From Candidatus Methylomirabilia bacterium (GTDB lineage: Bacteria; Methylomirabilota; Methylomirabilia; Rokubacteriales; CSP1-6): 64,000 bases of DNA. The stretch spans positions 1-64,000 of the forward strand of contig JBGQEL010000008.1 of assembly GCA_041496385.1 (NCBI GenBank). The letters are read 5' to 3'. This document shows positions 33,049 through 42,864 of this stretch, in pieces (the first letter of the stretch is position 1; each line of letters begins with the position of its first letter). Made by a program: the position numbers and the translations under genes. The notes below the pieces were generated by a model. That model saw nothing but the letters and a program-made list of their open reading frames with translations, searched no databases and was not told where the DNA came from.

Positions 33049-33094
33049 CGACACACACCTCCTTTCGGCGCCGTTGCGCCACGCTGAGAACGGA

Positions 33095-33109
33095 GCAACC
33101 CGAGTGCCA
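33095..33109 (-). promoter_or_regulatory. Sigma-54 promoter of the hsp20-to-osmC operon
   Basis: Perfect TGGCAC-TCGGG-TTGC on the minus strand. Confidence 0.78.
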
Positions 33110-33306
33110 CGCGGCGCCGCGCGAGAAGCGCTGAATTCTTTGGCTTTCCTGGAAGCGCGCCCGGCTCCGTCTGGGGCGGCGACGCCTCACTGAGGCGGCG
33201 GACGCGCAACCACCACGATCGAGTGAGCTATTTGACGTGGTCTCCAGCCCGGGAACCCGCGTCCCACGCGGGATGGCGGCGCCGCCTCGCCGGAGGGTCG
33301 CCGGGT

Positions 33307-33494
33307 ATCATGCCGACGTGGCTCCGGGTGGGGGCGCACCTCAATCCGCTGACCTAGGAGGTCGACGCCCGGCGGGCGCTGATGCTGGCTGGGGGCACGG
33401 CTCTGGCTTGCCCCTCGACTTCGGCGTCATGACGCTCGCCACGACGGCGCTGGTCATGCTCGGAGCGCGGCTCTATCCGAAGGTGGTCACCTAA
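33307..33494 (+). pseudogene. 3' remnant of an ABC-2 type permease
   Basis: IMPTWLRVGAHLNPLT*EVDARRALMLAGG (TAG at 33355-33357 where NPLTY is expected), then a frameshift to GLPLDFGVMTLATTALVMLGARLYPKVVT*. Confidence 0.65.
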
Positions 33495-33501
33495 CGCGGC
33501 G

Positions 33502-34659
33502 TCACGCCCGCAGGAGCTCGCGGGCGACGACGACGCGTTGGATCTGGTTGGTCCCCTCGTAGATCTGCGTGATCTTGGCGTCCCGCATCATGCGCTCGAC
33601 CGGATAGTCGCGCGTGTAGCCGTAGCCGCCGAAGATCTGTACGGCGTCCGTCGCGACCTTCATGGCCGCGTCGCCGGCGAAGCACTTCGCCATGGACGAC
33701 TCGAGCGCGCTGCGCGGGGCGCCCCGGTCCACGAGGGCGGCGGCGTGGTGCACCATGAGCCGCGCGCCGTGGACCTGCATGGCCATGTCGGCGAGCATGA
33801 ACTGAATCCCCTGGAAGCTCGCGATCGGCTGGCCGAACTGCTGCCGCTCGCGCGCGTACCCGACCGCGGCGTCCAGCGCGGCCTGGGCGATGCCGACCGC
33901 CTGGGCGCCGACCGCGGGGCGTGAACCGTCGAGCAGGCGGAGGGCGAGCGTGAAGCCCTCGCCTTCGTCCCCCAGGCGATTCTCGACGGGCACCTCGCAG
34001 TCGGTGAGGTGGATCGCCACCGTCGGCGACCCGCGGACGCCGAGCTTGCGCTCCAGCTTGCCCAGGGCGAAGCCCGGGAACCCGGGCTCGATCAGGAACG
34101 CGGTGACGCCGTGCCGGCCCCGGCCGCGGTCCACCGAGGCGAAGAGGGTGATGACGCCGGCGTGGCTGCCGTTCGTCACCCACATCTTCGTCCCGTTCAG
34201 GACGTAGCGGGCGCCGCGCCGCACGGCCGTGGTCGAGATCGACGCCGCGTCCGAGCCCGAGCCCGGCTCCGAGAGCGAGAACGCCGCGGTGATCTCGCCC
34301 GACGCGAGGCGCGGCAGGTAGCGGCGCTTCTGATCCTCGCTGCCCGCGAGCACGATGGGGAACCCGCCCGCGTACTGGACGAGATAGATGACCGCGGTGG
34401 AGGCGCAGGCCCAGGCGATCTCCTCGACGGCGAGGCAGAAGGCGAGCGCGCCCATCTCGGTGCCGCCGTAGGCCTCGGGAACGTAGAGTCCCATGACCCC
34501 CTGCTCGGCGAGCCGCCGCAGCTGCTCGGCCGGGTACGCCTCCGTCTCGTCCACCTCCGCCGCCTTGGGCGCGATGCGCCCGCGGGCGACGGCGCGGACG
34601 AGGTCGCGCATCTGGCGCTGCTCGTCGGAGAGATAGAAGAGGTCGCGCATCGCCGGCAT
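33502..34659 (-). CDS. Acyl-CoA dehydrogenase
   Basis: [44 protein letters not shown]. Confidence 0.93.
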   Translation of the reverse strand: MPAMRDLFYLSDEQRQMRDLVRAVARGRIAPKAAEVDETEAYPAEQLRRLAEQGVMGLYVPEAYGGTEMGALAFCLAVEEIAWACASTAVIYLVQYAGGFPIVLAGSEDQKRRYLPRLASGEITAAFSLSEPGSGSDAASISTTAVRRGARYVLNGTKMWVTNGSHAGVITLFASVDRGRGRHGVTAFLIEPGFPGFALGKLERKLGVRGSPTVAIHLTDCEVPVENRLGDEGEGFTLALRLLDGSRPAVGAQAVGIAQAALDAAVGYARERQQFGQPIASFQGIQFMLADMAMQVHGARLMVHHAAALVDRGAPRSALESSMAKCFAGDAAMKVATDAVQIFGGYGYTRDYPVERMMRDAKITQIYEGTNQIQRVVVARELLRA

Positions 34660-34780
34660 TATCCGCCACTCCCTTCCGCCTGACAATTCTGGTCACCTCG
34701 TGCCGCACAGTCTCGTCCCACGCGGGGCTTTCCGGATCGAAGTTGCGGTGGAAGTGCCCGACATTCCGCGCCTGCGGTCC

Positions 34781-34795
34781 TGGCACCGGCTTTGC
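34781..34795 (+). promoter_or_regulatory. Sigma-54 promoter upstream of the glycosyltransferase
   Basis: Perfect TGGCAC-CGGCT-TTGC. Confidence 0.7.
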
Positions 34796-34813
34796 GAATC
34801 CGACGACCCGGCC

Positions 34814-35650
34814 ATGCACAGAGATCCCAAGGTCGTGGTGGTGATGCCGGCATACAACGCCGGGCGGACGCTCCGGATGACCTACGAGGAGCTGCCGAAG
34901 GACGCGGTGAACCTCGTGATCCTGGTGGACGACGGCTCCACCGACGCGACGCTCGACGTCGCCCGCCAGCTGGGCCTCGAGATCTTCGTCCACAACCGCA
35001 ACTACGGCTACGGCGCGAATCAGAAGACCTGCTACGCGGAGGCCCTGCGCGCCGGCGCCGAGATCGTCGTGATGGTGCATCCCGACTACCAGTACGATCC
35101 GCGCCTCGTGCCGCAGATCGTCGAGCCGATCATCAGGGGCGAGGCCGACGTCGTGCTGGGCTCGCGGCTCAAGACCGGGTCGGCGCTCCGGCAGGGCATG
35201 CCCTGGTGGAAGTTCGTCGCGAACCGCTTTCTCACCGGGCTCGAGAACCGCGCCTTCGGGCTCCGCCTCTCGGAGTACCACACGGGCTACCGCGCGTTCC
35301 GCCGCGAGGTCCTCGAGACGGTGAATCTCCAGCTGAACTCGGACGGGTTCGTCTTCGACCAGGAGATCGTCGCACAGGTCGTCGCGACCGGGCGCTTCCG
35401 GATCGCCGAGATCGCGGTGCCGACGCGCTACTTCCCCGAGGCGTCGTCGGCGAGCTTCTGGGCGTCCACGGTCTACGGCCTCCGCATCCTGTCGGTTCTC
35501 GCGCGCTACGCCCTCCACGCCAAGGGCGTGCGGCGCTCGCGCTCCTTCGACAGCCTCCGCGGCCGCTACGCGCGGCTCGCGGGCACGCCCGACGCTTCGC
35601 TGAACGACACCGCCGCGCGGCGCGAGTCGGCTCCGGTCCCGGTCCGCTAG
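34814..35650 (+). CDS. GT2 family glycosyltransferase (polyprenol-phosphate glycosyltransferase-like)
   Basis: MPAYNA, VDDGSTD, YGYGANQK, HPDYQY, VLGSR. Confidence 0.9.
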   Translation: MHRDPKVVVVMPAYNAGRTLRMTYEELPKDAVNLVILVDDGSTDATLDVARQLGLEIFVHNRNYGYGANQKTCYAEALRAGAEIVVMVHPDYQYDPRLVPQIVEPIIRGEADVVLGSRLKTGSALRQGMPWWKFVANRFLTGLENRAFGLRLSEYHTGYRAFRREVLETVNLQLNSDGFVFDQEIVAQVVATGRFRIAEIAVPTRYFPEASSASFWASTVYGLRILSVLARYALHAKGVRRSRSFDSLRGRYARLAGTPDASLNDTAARRESAPVPVR

Positions 35651-35802
35651 GACCCGGAGTCCGCTCGCGCCGCGCGGCGGCTAAGAACCCCCGCCCCGGC
35701 CCTTCTGCTATCATTGCGTCTCCCGCCCGACAGCGTGGTCGTCGGAGAGCGGCAACGACGCCCCGAGACACGGATCGCCCGAACGCGAAAGGAGACGCGC
35801 AC

Positions 35803-36930
35803 ATGGCACGACTCAGAACGAAGAAGCGCATGCTGGCGGGCGTCGCGGCGCTGGCCCTGGTGTTCGCCGCAGGGCTCTACGCCGTGGCCCAGCAGCCGAT
35901 GGACGAAGTGAAGCGCGACCGGACGATGCTCGCCGGCGGCGCCCGCGTCCACGTCCTTCCCGCGACGCTCGAGACGACGCAGTGGGGCTGGCTCGATCCG
36001 AAGGAGCCGCCCAAGCTCCTCGTGAAGTCCGGCGACGTCGTCGCCGTCGAGACGATGATGCACGCGCACAACAAGATCCAGCCGGGCACGACGATGGAGG
36101 AGATCGTCGCGCTCCGGAAGGCGAACCCGGGGGGCGGGCCGCACTCGCTGACCGGGCCGATCTACGTCGACGGTGCCGAGCCCGGCGATGTGATGGAGAT
36201 CCGTATCCTCAAGATCGTGCCGAAGGCGTTCGGCACGAACTTCAGCCTACCGGGCAAGGAGTTCCCGACGATCGGCGCGCTGGCCCCCGAGATGCCCGAC
36301 GGGTTCCTGAAGTATTTCTACCTCGACTGGGAGAAGCGTCAGGCGGAGTTCAAGCCAGGCATCATGGTCGACCTGCAGCCCTTCCCCGGCACCCTCGCCG
36401 TCGGCATCGACCCGAAGGACCCGTCGCCCCGCAAGGGCGGCTCGACCGACGCGATGGCGCCCGTCTCCACGCTCCGGCCCTGGAAGAACGGGTCGAACAT
36501 GGACATCAACGAGCTGCAGGAGGGCACGACGATCTTCATCCCCGTGTTCCTCAAGGGCGGCCTCGTCTGGACCGGCGACTCCCACTGCCGCCAGGGCAAC
36601 GGTGAGGTCAACCTCACCGCGCTCGAGTGCTCCTACCGCGAGATCGTCATGCAGCTGATCGTCCGCAAGGACATGAAGCTCGAGTGGCCGCGCATCGAGA
36701 CGAAGACGCACTGGATCGCGACCGGCTTCGACGAGGACCTGAACAAGGCGATGGTCAACGCCGTGCGCGAGGCGGTGGACATGCTCGCGGCGCAGAAGGC
36801 CGTGCCGCTCACGCGCTACGAGGCCTACTCGCTGGTCTCGATGGTGGGCGACTGCCGTGTGAGCCAGGTCGTCGACGTGCGCAAGGGCGTCCACTGCATG
36901 ATTCCGAAGGCGATCTTCGCCAAGAAGTAG
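35803..36930 (+). CDS. Acetamidase/formamidase family protein with N-terminal signal peptide
   Basis: GPHSLTGPIYVDGAEPGD, GSNMD, GDSHCRQGNGEV...ALE, SQVVD; AAAGGAG RBS. Confidence 0.85.
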   Translation: MARLRTKKRMLAGVAALALVFAAGLYAVAQQPMDEVKRDRTMLAGGARVHVLPATLETTQWGWLDPKEPPKLLVKSGDVVAVETMMHAHNKIQPGTTMEEIVALRKANPGGGPHSLTGPIYVDGAEPGDVMEIRILKIVPKAFGTNFSLPGKEFPTIGALAPEMPDGFLKYFYLDWEKRQAEFKPGIMVDLQPFPGTLAVGIDPKDPSPRKGGSTDAMAPVSTLRPWKNGSNMDINELQEGTTIFIPVFLKGGLVWTGDSHCRQGNGEVNLTALECSYREIVMQLIVRKDMKLEWPRIETKTHWIATGFDEDLNKAMVNAVREAVDMLAAQKAVPLTRYEAYSLVSMVGDCRVSQVVDVRKGVHCMIPKAIFAKK

Positions 36931-36932
36931 GA

Positions 36933-37880
36933 GTGCGCGCGGCGCTCCTGCTCGTGCTGCTGGCGGCCGCCCCCGCGTGGGGGAGCCGGGAGGGGGGCGG
37001 GGCCCCCCTCTCGGGGCCGGCCGCCGGCGCGCTGCGGGTCGTCACCACGTCCACCGATCTCAGGGCGCTCGTCGAGGTGGTCGGCGGCGACCGCGTCGCC
37101 GTCGAGAGCCTGGCGCCCGCCGTCCACGACCCGCACGCGGTCGAGGTCACGCCGGGGCGGCTCCGCCACCTGAAGGACGCGCAGCTCCTCGTCCGCATCG
37201 GCCTCGACCACGAGCCCTGGCTCGCGCGCGCGCTCGCGACCGTGAACGCCCCGCGCTTCGCGCCCGGAGGGCCGCACGACCTCGACGCCTCGAAGGGCAT
37301 CGAGCTCCTGCAGGCGGAGACCGCGCGCGTCAGGAGCGAGCGCGGCGTGCACGTGCACGGGTTCGGCAACCCCCACTACTGGCTCGACCCCGTGAACGCG
37401 CGCCCGATCACCGCCGCGATCGCCGCCGCGCTCACCCGTTTGGCGCCCGCGGAACGCGAGACCTTCGCGACGAACCGCGCACGCTTCCTCGACCGGCTCG
37501 ACGCGTCACTCGCGCGCTGGACCACGGCCCTGGCCCCCTACCGGGGCGCCCGTGCGGTCGTCGTCCACGACAGCTGGCCCTACTTCGCCCGGCGCTTCGG
37601 CCTCGTGATCGTGGCGGCGGTGGAGCCGGCCCCCGGCGTCCCGCCCGCGCCTGCCTCCCTCGTCGCGCTGACCGCGCGCATGCGCGCGGCCGGCATTCCA
37701 CTGCTGATCGCCGAGCCCAGCTCGAGCGCGGCGCTGGTCGCCCAGGTTGCCGAGCGCGGCGGCGCCCGCGTGGTCACGCTCATCCCGTCGGTCGGCGGCG
37801 ACCCTGAGGCGCGCGACTACCTCGAGCTCTTCGAGGTCAACGTCGGCCGGCTCGCGCGGGCGCTCGGCGGCGCGCGGTAG
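36933..37880 (+). CDS. Metal (Zn/Mn) ABC transporter substrate-binding protein
   Basis: Signal peptide, HDPHAVE, GNPHYWLDP, HDSWPYFA. Confidence 0.88.
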   Translation: MRAALLLVLLAAAPAWGSREGGGAPLSGPAAGALRVVTTSTDLRALVEVVGGDRVAVESLAPAVHDPHAVEVTPGRLRHLKDAQLLVRIGLDHEPWLARALATVNAPRFAPGGPHDLDASKGIELLQAETARVRSERGVHVHGFGNPHYWLDPVNARPITAAIAAALTRLAPAERETFATNRARFLDRLDASLARWTTALAPYRGARAVVVHDSWPYFARRFGLVIVAAVEPAPGVPPAPASLVALTARMRAAGIPLLIAEPSSSAALVAQVAERGGARVVTLIPSVGGDPEARDYLELFEVNVGRLARALGGAR

Positions 37881-37890
37881 CGGCCGCGCG

Positions 37891-39180
37891 ATGCTCGACC
37901 TCCTCGCCGTCCCCTTCCTCGCCTGCCTGGTGCTCACCGGGATCCACGCGTATCTCGGGCTCCACGTGCTCGCGCGCGGCGTGATCTTCGTGGACCTGGC
38001 ACTGGCCCAGGTGGCCGCGCTCGGCATCACGCTCGCGTTCCTCGCGGGGCATCCGATCCAGAGCGACGCCGCCTACTGGTACGCGCTCGTCTTCACGCTC
38101 GGCGGCGCCGCGCTCTTCGCGCTCTCCCGGATGCGGCGCGCGCGGGTGCCGCAGGAGGCGGTCATCGGGATCGTGTACGCGGTCTCCGCGGCGGCCGCGG
38201 TGCTCGTCGTGGACCGCGCGCCCCAGGGCAGCGAGCACATCAAGCAGCTCCTCGTCGGGAGCATCCTCACCGTCGCGCCCCGCGAGGTGGGCGCGCTGGC
38301 CGCGCTCTACGGCGTGATCGGCGTGCTGCACTGGTTCATCCGGCGGCCGCTCCTCGAGATCTCGTTCGCCCCGGAGCTCGCGGCGGCGCGCGCCGTGCGC
38401 TGGTGGGACTTCGTCTTCTACGCGTCGTTCGGCCTGGTCGTCACGAGCTCCGTGCGCGTGGCGGGCGTGCTGCTCGTCTTCTCCTACCTCATCGTCCCCG
38501 CGACCGCCGGGGCGCTCGTCGCGCGCTCGGTCGCCGGCCGGCTCGCCGTGGGCTGGGCCCTCGGCCTCGCGGTGAGCGCGGCCGGCCTCGCGGCGTCGTA
38601 TGCGTGGGACCTCCCGACGGGCGCGACGGTCGTCGTGACCTTCGGCGCATTCCTCGCCGCCGTCGCCCTGGTCCTGGCGGGCCGCGCACTCGCCGCCGCG
38701 CTCCGTGCGCGCGGCGCCGATGCCCTGCGCGTTCCCGGCGCCGTGCTCTGCGCCGCCGTGGGGCTCGCCGGGATCTTCCTGGCCCTCGCGCCGCGTGGCG
38801 ACCACCTCTGGCTCGACGGGATCGAGGACGCCGTCCCGGCGCTCGAGCTCGCCTTCCTGACCCCGCGCGAGCGGGAGACCTGGCGCGACGCCTCCGAGGC
38901 GCTGGCCCGCGGCAGCGCCGAGCTGGAGCGGCTGCGCGCGGTGCAGCAGGAAGTCCAGTGGGGCACGCGTCGGATGGACGCCGAGACGCAGGACCGCCTC
39001 AGGCAGTTCCTGGCGGGCCGCGCCGAGATCGTCGCCGGCGACCGCGTCGTGCTGGGCGCGCTACGCGGAAAGGCGCGCGAGCGCCAGCGCTGGCTGCTCG
39101 GCGCGCCGCTCGCGACCGTGGGCCTGGCGGGCGCCCTCGTCCTGGCCCGAGCGCGTCGGCGCGGGTCTCCCGGGTCTTGA
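37891..39180 (+). CDS. Metal ABC transporter permease with C-terminal extension
   Basis: GLHVLARGVIFVDLALAQ, EAVIGIVY, LVGSIL, WDLPTG. Confidence 0.82.
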   Translation: MLDLLAVPFLACLVLTGIHAYLGLHVLARGVIFVDLALAQVAALGITLAFLAGHPIQSDAAYWYALVFTLGGAALFALSRMRRARVPQEAVIGIVYAVSAAAAVLVVDRAPQGSEHIKQLLVGSILTVAPREVGALAALYGVIGVLHWFIRRPLLEISFAPELAAARAVRWWDFVFYASFGLVVTSSVRVAGVLLVFSYLIVPATAGALVARSVAGRLAVGWALGLAVSAAGLAASYAWDLPTGATVVVTFGAFLAAVALVLAGRALAAALRARGADALRVPGAVLCAAVGLAGIFLALAPRGDHLWLDGIEDAVPALELAFLTPRERETWRDASEALARGSAELERLRAVQQEVQWGTRRMDAETQDRLRQFLAGRAEIVAGDRVVLGALRGKARERQRWLLGAPLATVGLAGALVLARARRRGSPGS

Positions 39181-40955
39181 CGACAGAGGGGCCGGTAGGG
39201 CAGCATCGCGGGAAGAGAATCTTGTTCGCCTCCCACGCGCCGCCGTCCCCGTCCGACCGACATGGTCCCGCCGCGACAGGGATCGTGGTGGCGTTCTGTG
39301 CGCTCGCGGCCTATCTGGTCGTAGTCGGCGCCGCCGCGCAGCCCGCCGTCCACGCGTATTTCGACGACGTCGCGATCCGCGACACCGGGACGGTCTGGAC
39401 GTCACTGACCTGGCACCCCGGGGATGCGCGACACTTCCTGCCGACGGCCGTGCTCGCGCACATCGAGGGCCCGTTCCAGTTCGTGTTCTTGAACGCCTAC
39501 TACCACGCCATCGGCGACCTGCTGCCGCTGACTCAGCGCACGACCCAGTTCCCGAACACCGTCCTCGCCTTCGCGGGAGCGCTGCTCGCGTACCGGCTGG
39601 GGCGGCGGCTCGACGGACGGCGCTTCGGCCTCGCGTTCGGGCTGGCGTTCGCGCTCGCGCCCTGGCTCGGGGTGTCGATCCGCGTGTCGTGGGTGTACCA
39701 CACGGCGAGCTGCCTGCTCCAGCTCCTGACGCTCTACCTGTACGTCGGCTTCGTGCTCGAGCCCACGCGCCGCCTCTACCGCGTGGGCGCGCCGGCGGCG
39801 CTCGCCGCCTACCTGCTGACGGGCCTCGACTGGCCGGCGTTCTTCGTCGCGCTCGGCCTGTTCCTGTCTCTCGCCGGCCGCCTCGGCGACGCGCTCCGGA
39901 GCCGGGCGATGCTGCTGCCCGGCGCCGTCGTCGGGGTCTACGCGGTGTGGACGGCGGCCCTGTTCGTGTACGGCAGGCTCGTGGAGCCGAGCCACGCCGA
40001 CCTCTGGCAGCATTCGTTCCTCGTGTACCCGTTCGTCAAGGTCGGCGGCGCCGTCGGCTGGCCCCCGCCGGGCGCGATGGTCGTCTACGCTCTGGAGACC
40101 CTTGGACTCGCGCTGCCCGCCGCCGCCTGGGTCCTCGCGACGCAGCGCCCGTGGCGTCCCGCGGGCAACGGCGACGACCGGGTCGCGGGCGTGCGGCGCG
40201 CGTGGCTGCTGGCGATGGGGGCGTGGGCGGTCGTGGGCCTCCTGCCGTTGCTCAAGCTCTCCAGGCACGTGACGTACGCCTTCGTCGAGGCCGTTCCCTT
40301 CGCCGCTCTCGCGGCGGTCTGGCTCGCGCGGCTAAGCGGCCCCTGGTGGGCCGTCGTGCTCCTCGTGATGGTCGGCTGGCAGCTGGTGAACGTGTGGAGC
40401 AGCGTACCCCCCGCCGAGACCCGGATGGATCGACGCGTCCTCGCGGCGGCGGCGTTCCTCAACGAGCGGCGACCCGATCTTCTCGCGGCGGACAGGACCG
40501 CGTTCTTGCCGTGGAACGAGCCCGCCAACGTCGGGCAGTACGCGAGGGGTCGCAACGAGCGGATCATCATGCCCACGGATTTCCCCGCGGAGCGGGGCTC
40601 GATGTCGCGGGGCTCGAAGGTTTCGGTCCTGACGGACTTCCTGGACGCCTACGAGTCGCGCGGCACCATCGAGGCCGACTGGCTCGTCCTGTCGTCGGAC
40701 CTGCTGTCGAGCGGGTCACCGGCCGTGCCGTTCTACCAGCGGCTCCGCGACGATCCCCAGGTCGACTGGATCGCGACGTTCCGCGATCCCTCCGGACGGA
40801 TGCTCTGGCTCGGCGAGGTCCGGCGGGGGATGGCGCGAGCCGGCGCGGCCGCGGCGGCCATCGTCGACGACGGTCCGCTCGCTGACGTCTATGCGCGGAA
40901 GTACGACTGGATCAGCTTTCTGAAGAAGAACGCCCGATACGTCTCGCACTACTGA
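39177..40955 (+). CDS. Polytopic membrane protein, GT-C (ArnT/PMT-like) glycosyltransferase candidate
   Basis: Many hydrophobic segments, acidic FDD after the first TM, soluble C-terminal domain; start uncertain. Confidence 0.5.
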   Translation: MTTEGPVGQHRGKRILFASHAPPSPSDRHGPAATGIVVAFCALAAYLVVVGAAAQPAVHAYFDDVAIRDTGTVWTSLTWHPGDARHFLPTAVLAHIEGPFQFVFLNAYYHAIGDLLPLTQRTTQFPNTVLAFAGALLAYRLGRRLDGRRFGLAFGLAFALAPWLGVSIRVSWVYHTASCLLQLLTLYLYVGFVLEPTRRLYRVGAPAALAAYLLTGLDWPAFFVALGLFLSLAGRLGDALRSRAMLLPGAVVGVYAVWTAALFVYGRLVEPSHADLWQHSFLVYPFVKVGGAVGWPPPGAMVVYALETLGLALPAAAWVLATQRPWRPAGNGDDRVAGVRRAWLLAMGAWAVVGLLPLLKLSRHVTYAFVEAVPFAALAAVWLARLSGPWWAVVLLVMVGWQLVNVWSSVPPAETRMDRRVLAAAAFLNERRPDLLAADRTAFLPWNEPANVGQYARGRNERIIMPTDFPAERGSMSRGSKVSVLTDFLDAYESRGTIEADWLVLSSDLLSSGSPAVPFYQRLRDDPQVDWIATFRDPSGRMLWLGEVRRGMARAGAAAAAIVDDGPLADVYARKYDWISFLKKNARYVSHY

Positions 40956-40961
40956 GCGGCG

Positions 40962-41819
40962 TCATCTCGCCTCGTAGGTGTAGAACCCCCGGCCCGTCTT
41001 CCGTCCGAGGTGTCCGGCCATGACCATCCGCTTGAGCAGCGGCGGCGGCGCGTAGCGGGGCTCGCGGAACTCCTCGAACATCACCTCGGCGACGTACATC
41101 GTCGTGTCGAGGCCGACGAGGTCGAGGAGCGTGAACGGCCCCATCGGGTAGCCGCAGCCGAGCTTCATGGCCTGGTCGATGTCCTCGCGCGTCGCGAGCC
41201 CACCCTCGTAGACGCGGATCGCGTCGAGCAGGTACGGCACCAGCAGCCGGTTGACGATGAACGCCGTCGAATCCTTCGTCTGGACGGGCGTCTTGCCCAC
41301 GGTCCGCACCCAGTCCGTGGCCGCCTTCAGGGCGGCCTCCTGGGTGAGGATCGTCCGCGCGACCTCGACGAGCTTCATGAGCGGCACGGGATTGAAGAAG
41401 TGGAGGCCGAGCACCTGACCCGGACGCTTCGTGGCGGCCGCCATCGCGGTCACGTTGCACGACGAGGTATTCGTCGCCAGGAGGGCGTCGGGCGGACAGA
41501 TCCGGTCGAGCTTGGCGAAGGTCTCGTTCTTGAGCTGCTGGTTCTCGGTCATGGCCTCGACCACGAGGTCGCACGACTTGAGATCGTCGAGCCGCGTCGT
41601 GCCGGCGATGCGCGCCAGCGTCTCGTCCTTCACCGCGGGGTCGAGCTTGCCCTTGGCGGCAAGGCCCTCGAGCGTCTCGCGGAGCCGGGTGAGCCCCCGC
41701 TTGACCAGCTCGTCGGTCGCCTCGACGAAGAGCACCGGGAAGCCTGCCTGCGCGGCCACCTGCACGATGCCGCCGCCCATGAGGCCACAGCCGATGACCC
41801 CGACCTGCTTGATGGCCAC
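40962..41819 (-). CDS. 3-hydroxybutyryl-CoA dehydrogenase
   Basis: GCGLMGGGI, ATNTSS, GLHFFNP, FIVNRLL, PMGPFTLLDLVGLD. Confidence 0.92.
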   Translation of the reverse strand: MAIKQVGVIGCGLMGGGIVQVAAQAGFPVLFVEATDELVKRGLTRLRETLEGLAAKGKLDPAVKDETLARIAGTTRLDDLKSCDLVVEAMTENQQLKNETFAKLDRICPPDALLATNTSSCNVTAMAAATKRPGQVLGLHFFNPVPLMKLVEVARTILTQEAALKAATDWVRTVGKTPVQTKDSTAFIVNRLLVPYLLDAIRVYEGGLATREDIDQAMKLGCGYPMGPFTLLDLVGLDTTMYVAEVMFEEFREPRYAPPPLLKRMVMAGHLGRKTGRGFYTYEAR

Positions 41820-41827
41820 GCGACGCC

Positions 41828-42118
41828 CTAGTAGCGGGCGCGACGGCCCGGCAGCGACGGCGGCTCGTAGTGCACGTCGCCCGGCGGGCACGGGTTCCGG
41901 ACGACGATGGTGATGCCCGAGGCGGAGGGTGAGCGGGGCGCCGGACCCGGATCGCGGAGCGACTCGTCGAGGGCGGAGACGCGCGGCGCGCTCGGCTGCG
42001 CCATGATGCTGAGGAGCATCGACGCGCTGATCTGCGCCTTGACCTCCTCGGCCGAGGCGGCCGAGCCGAGTGCCAGGAGCCCGAACACGACGCCGGCGAG
42101 GATCCGCAGCTTAACCAT
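41828..42118 (-). CDS. Hypothetical secreted protein
   Basis: Signal peptide ending ASA; fills the gap between co-oriented genes. Confidence 0.6.
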   Translation of the reverse strand: MVKLRILAGVVFGLLALGSAASAEEVKAQISASMLLSIMAQPSAPRVSALDESLRDPGPAPRSPSASGITIVVRNPCPPGDVHYEPPSLPGRRARY

Positions 42119-42152
42119 GGATCGACTCTACCATCATTGCCCGGATGGCTCC

Positions 42153-42677
42153 TTACTCGTATACGATGAGGGCGTGCAGCGGAACATTCTTGAGCTTCTC
42201 GCGGCCGCGCAGGAACGCGAGCTCGATCATGAAGGTGGCGCCGACGACCTGGCCCCCGAGCAACTGAATCAGGCGAAGCGTCGCGGCCATCGTGCCGCCG
42301 GTCGCCAGCAGATCGTCCGCCGCGAGCACGCGCTGCCCGGGGCTGATGGCATCCTCGTGGATGGCGAGCGCGTCCCGCCCGTACTCGAGCTCGTACTCGA
42401 CCGCGACCGTCTTGCCGGGCAGCTTGCCGAGCTTGCGCACCGGCACGAAGCCCGCGTTGAGCTGGTGGGCGAGCGCGCCGCCGAGAATGAAGCCGCGCGA
42501 TTCGACCCCCACGACGACGTCCACGCGCTGGGTCCGGTATCGCTCGGCCAGCAGGTCGATGACGCGGCGGAACGCCGGACCTTCCTTGAGGAGTGTGGTG
42601 ATGTCCTTGAAGAGGATCCCCGCCGTCGGGAAGTCCTTGATGTCCCGGATCTTCGCCCTGAGCTCGGCGACGTCCAT
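42153..42677 (-). CDS. apt: Adenine phosphoribosyltransferase
   Basis: DFPTAGILFKDIT, ESRGF, VRKLGKLPG, DDLLATGGT. Confidence 0.95.
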   Translation of the reverse strand: MDVAELRAKIRDIKDFPTAGILFKDITTLLKEGPAFRRVIDLLAERYRTQRVDVVVGVESRGFILGGALAHQLNAGFVPVRKLGKLPGKTVAVEYELEYGRDALAIHEDAISPGQRVLAADDLLATGGTMAATLRLIQLLGGQVVGATFMIELAFLRGREKLKNVPLHALIVYE

Positions 42678-42864
42678 CGCGGGCCCATCTTACAAGCGCG
42701 TTGCCGCACCGCGCAAGAAGGCGTATGGACGTCAGAGTGTCCATCAGCGAACCAAGCTGACACGGGCGTGCCTGCGGTTCGTCAGTCCGCTGACACTCGG
42801 ACGTTCTCCCGGCCGGCTGCCAACCCGGTAATTTCACAGTGCGCCGGCTCGGCCGTGAGCCGCG

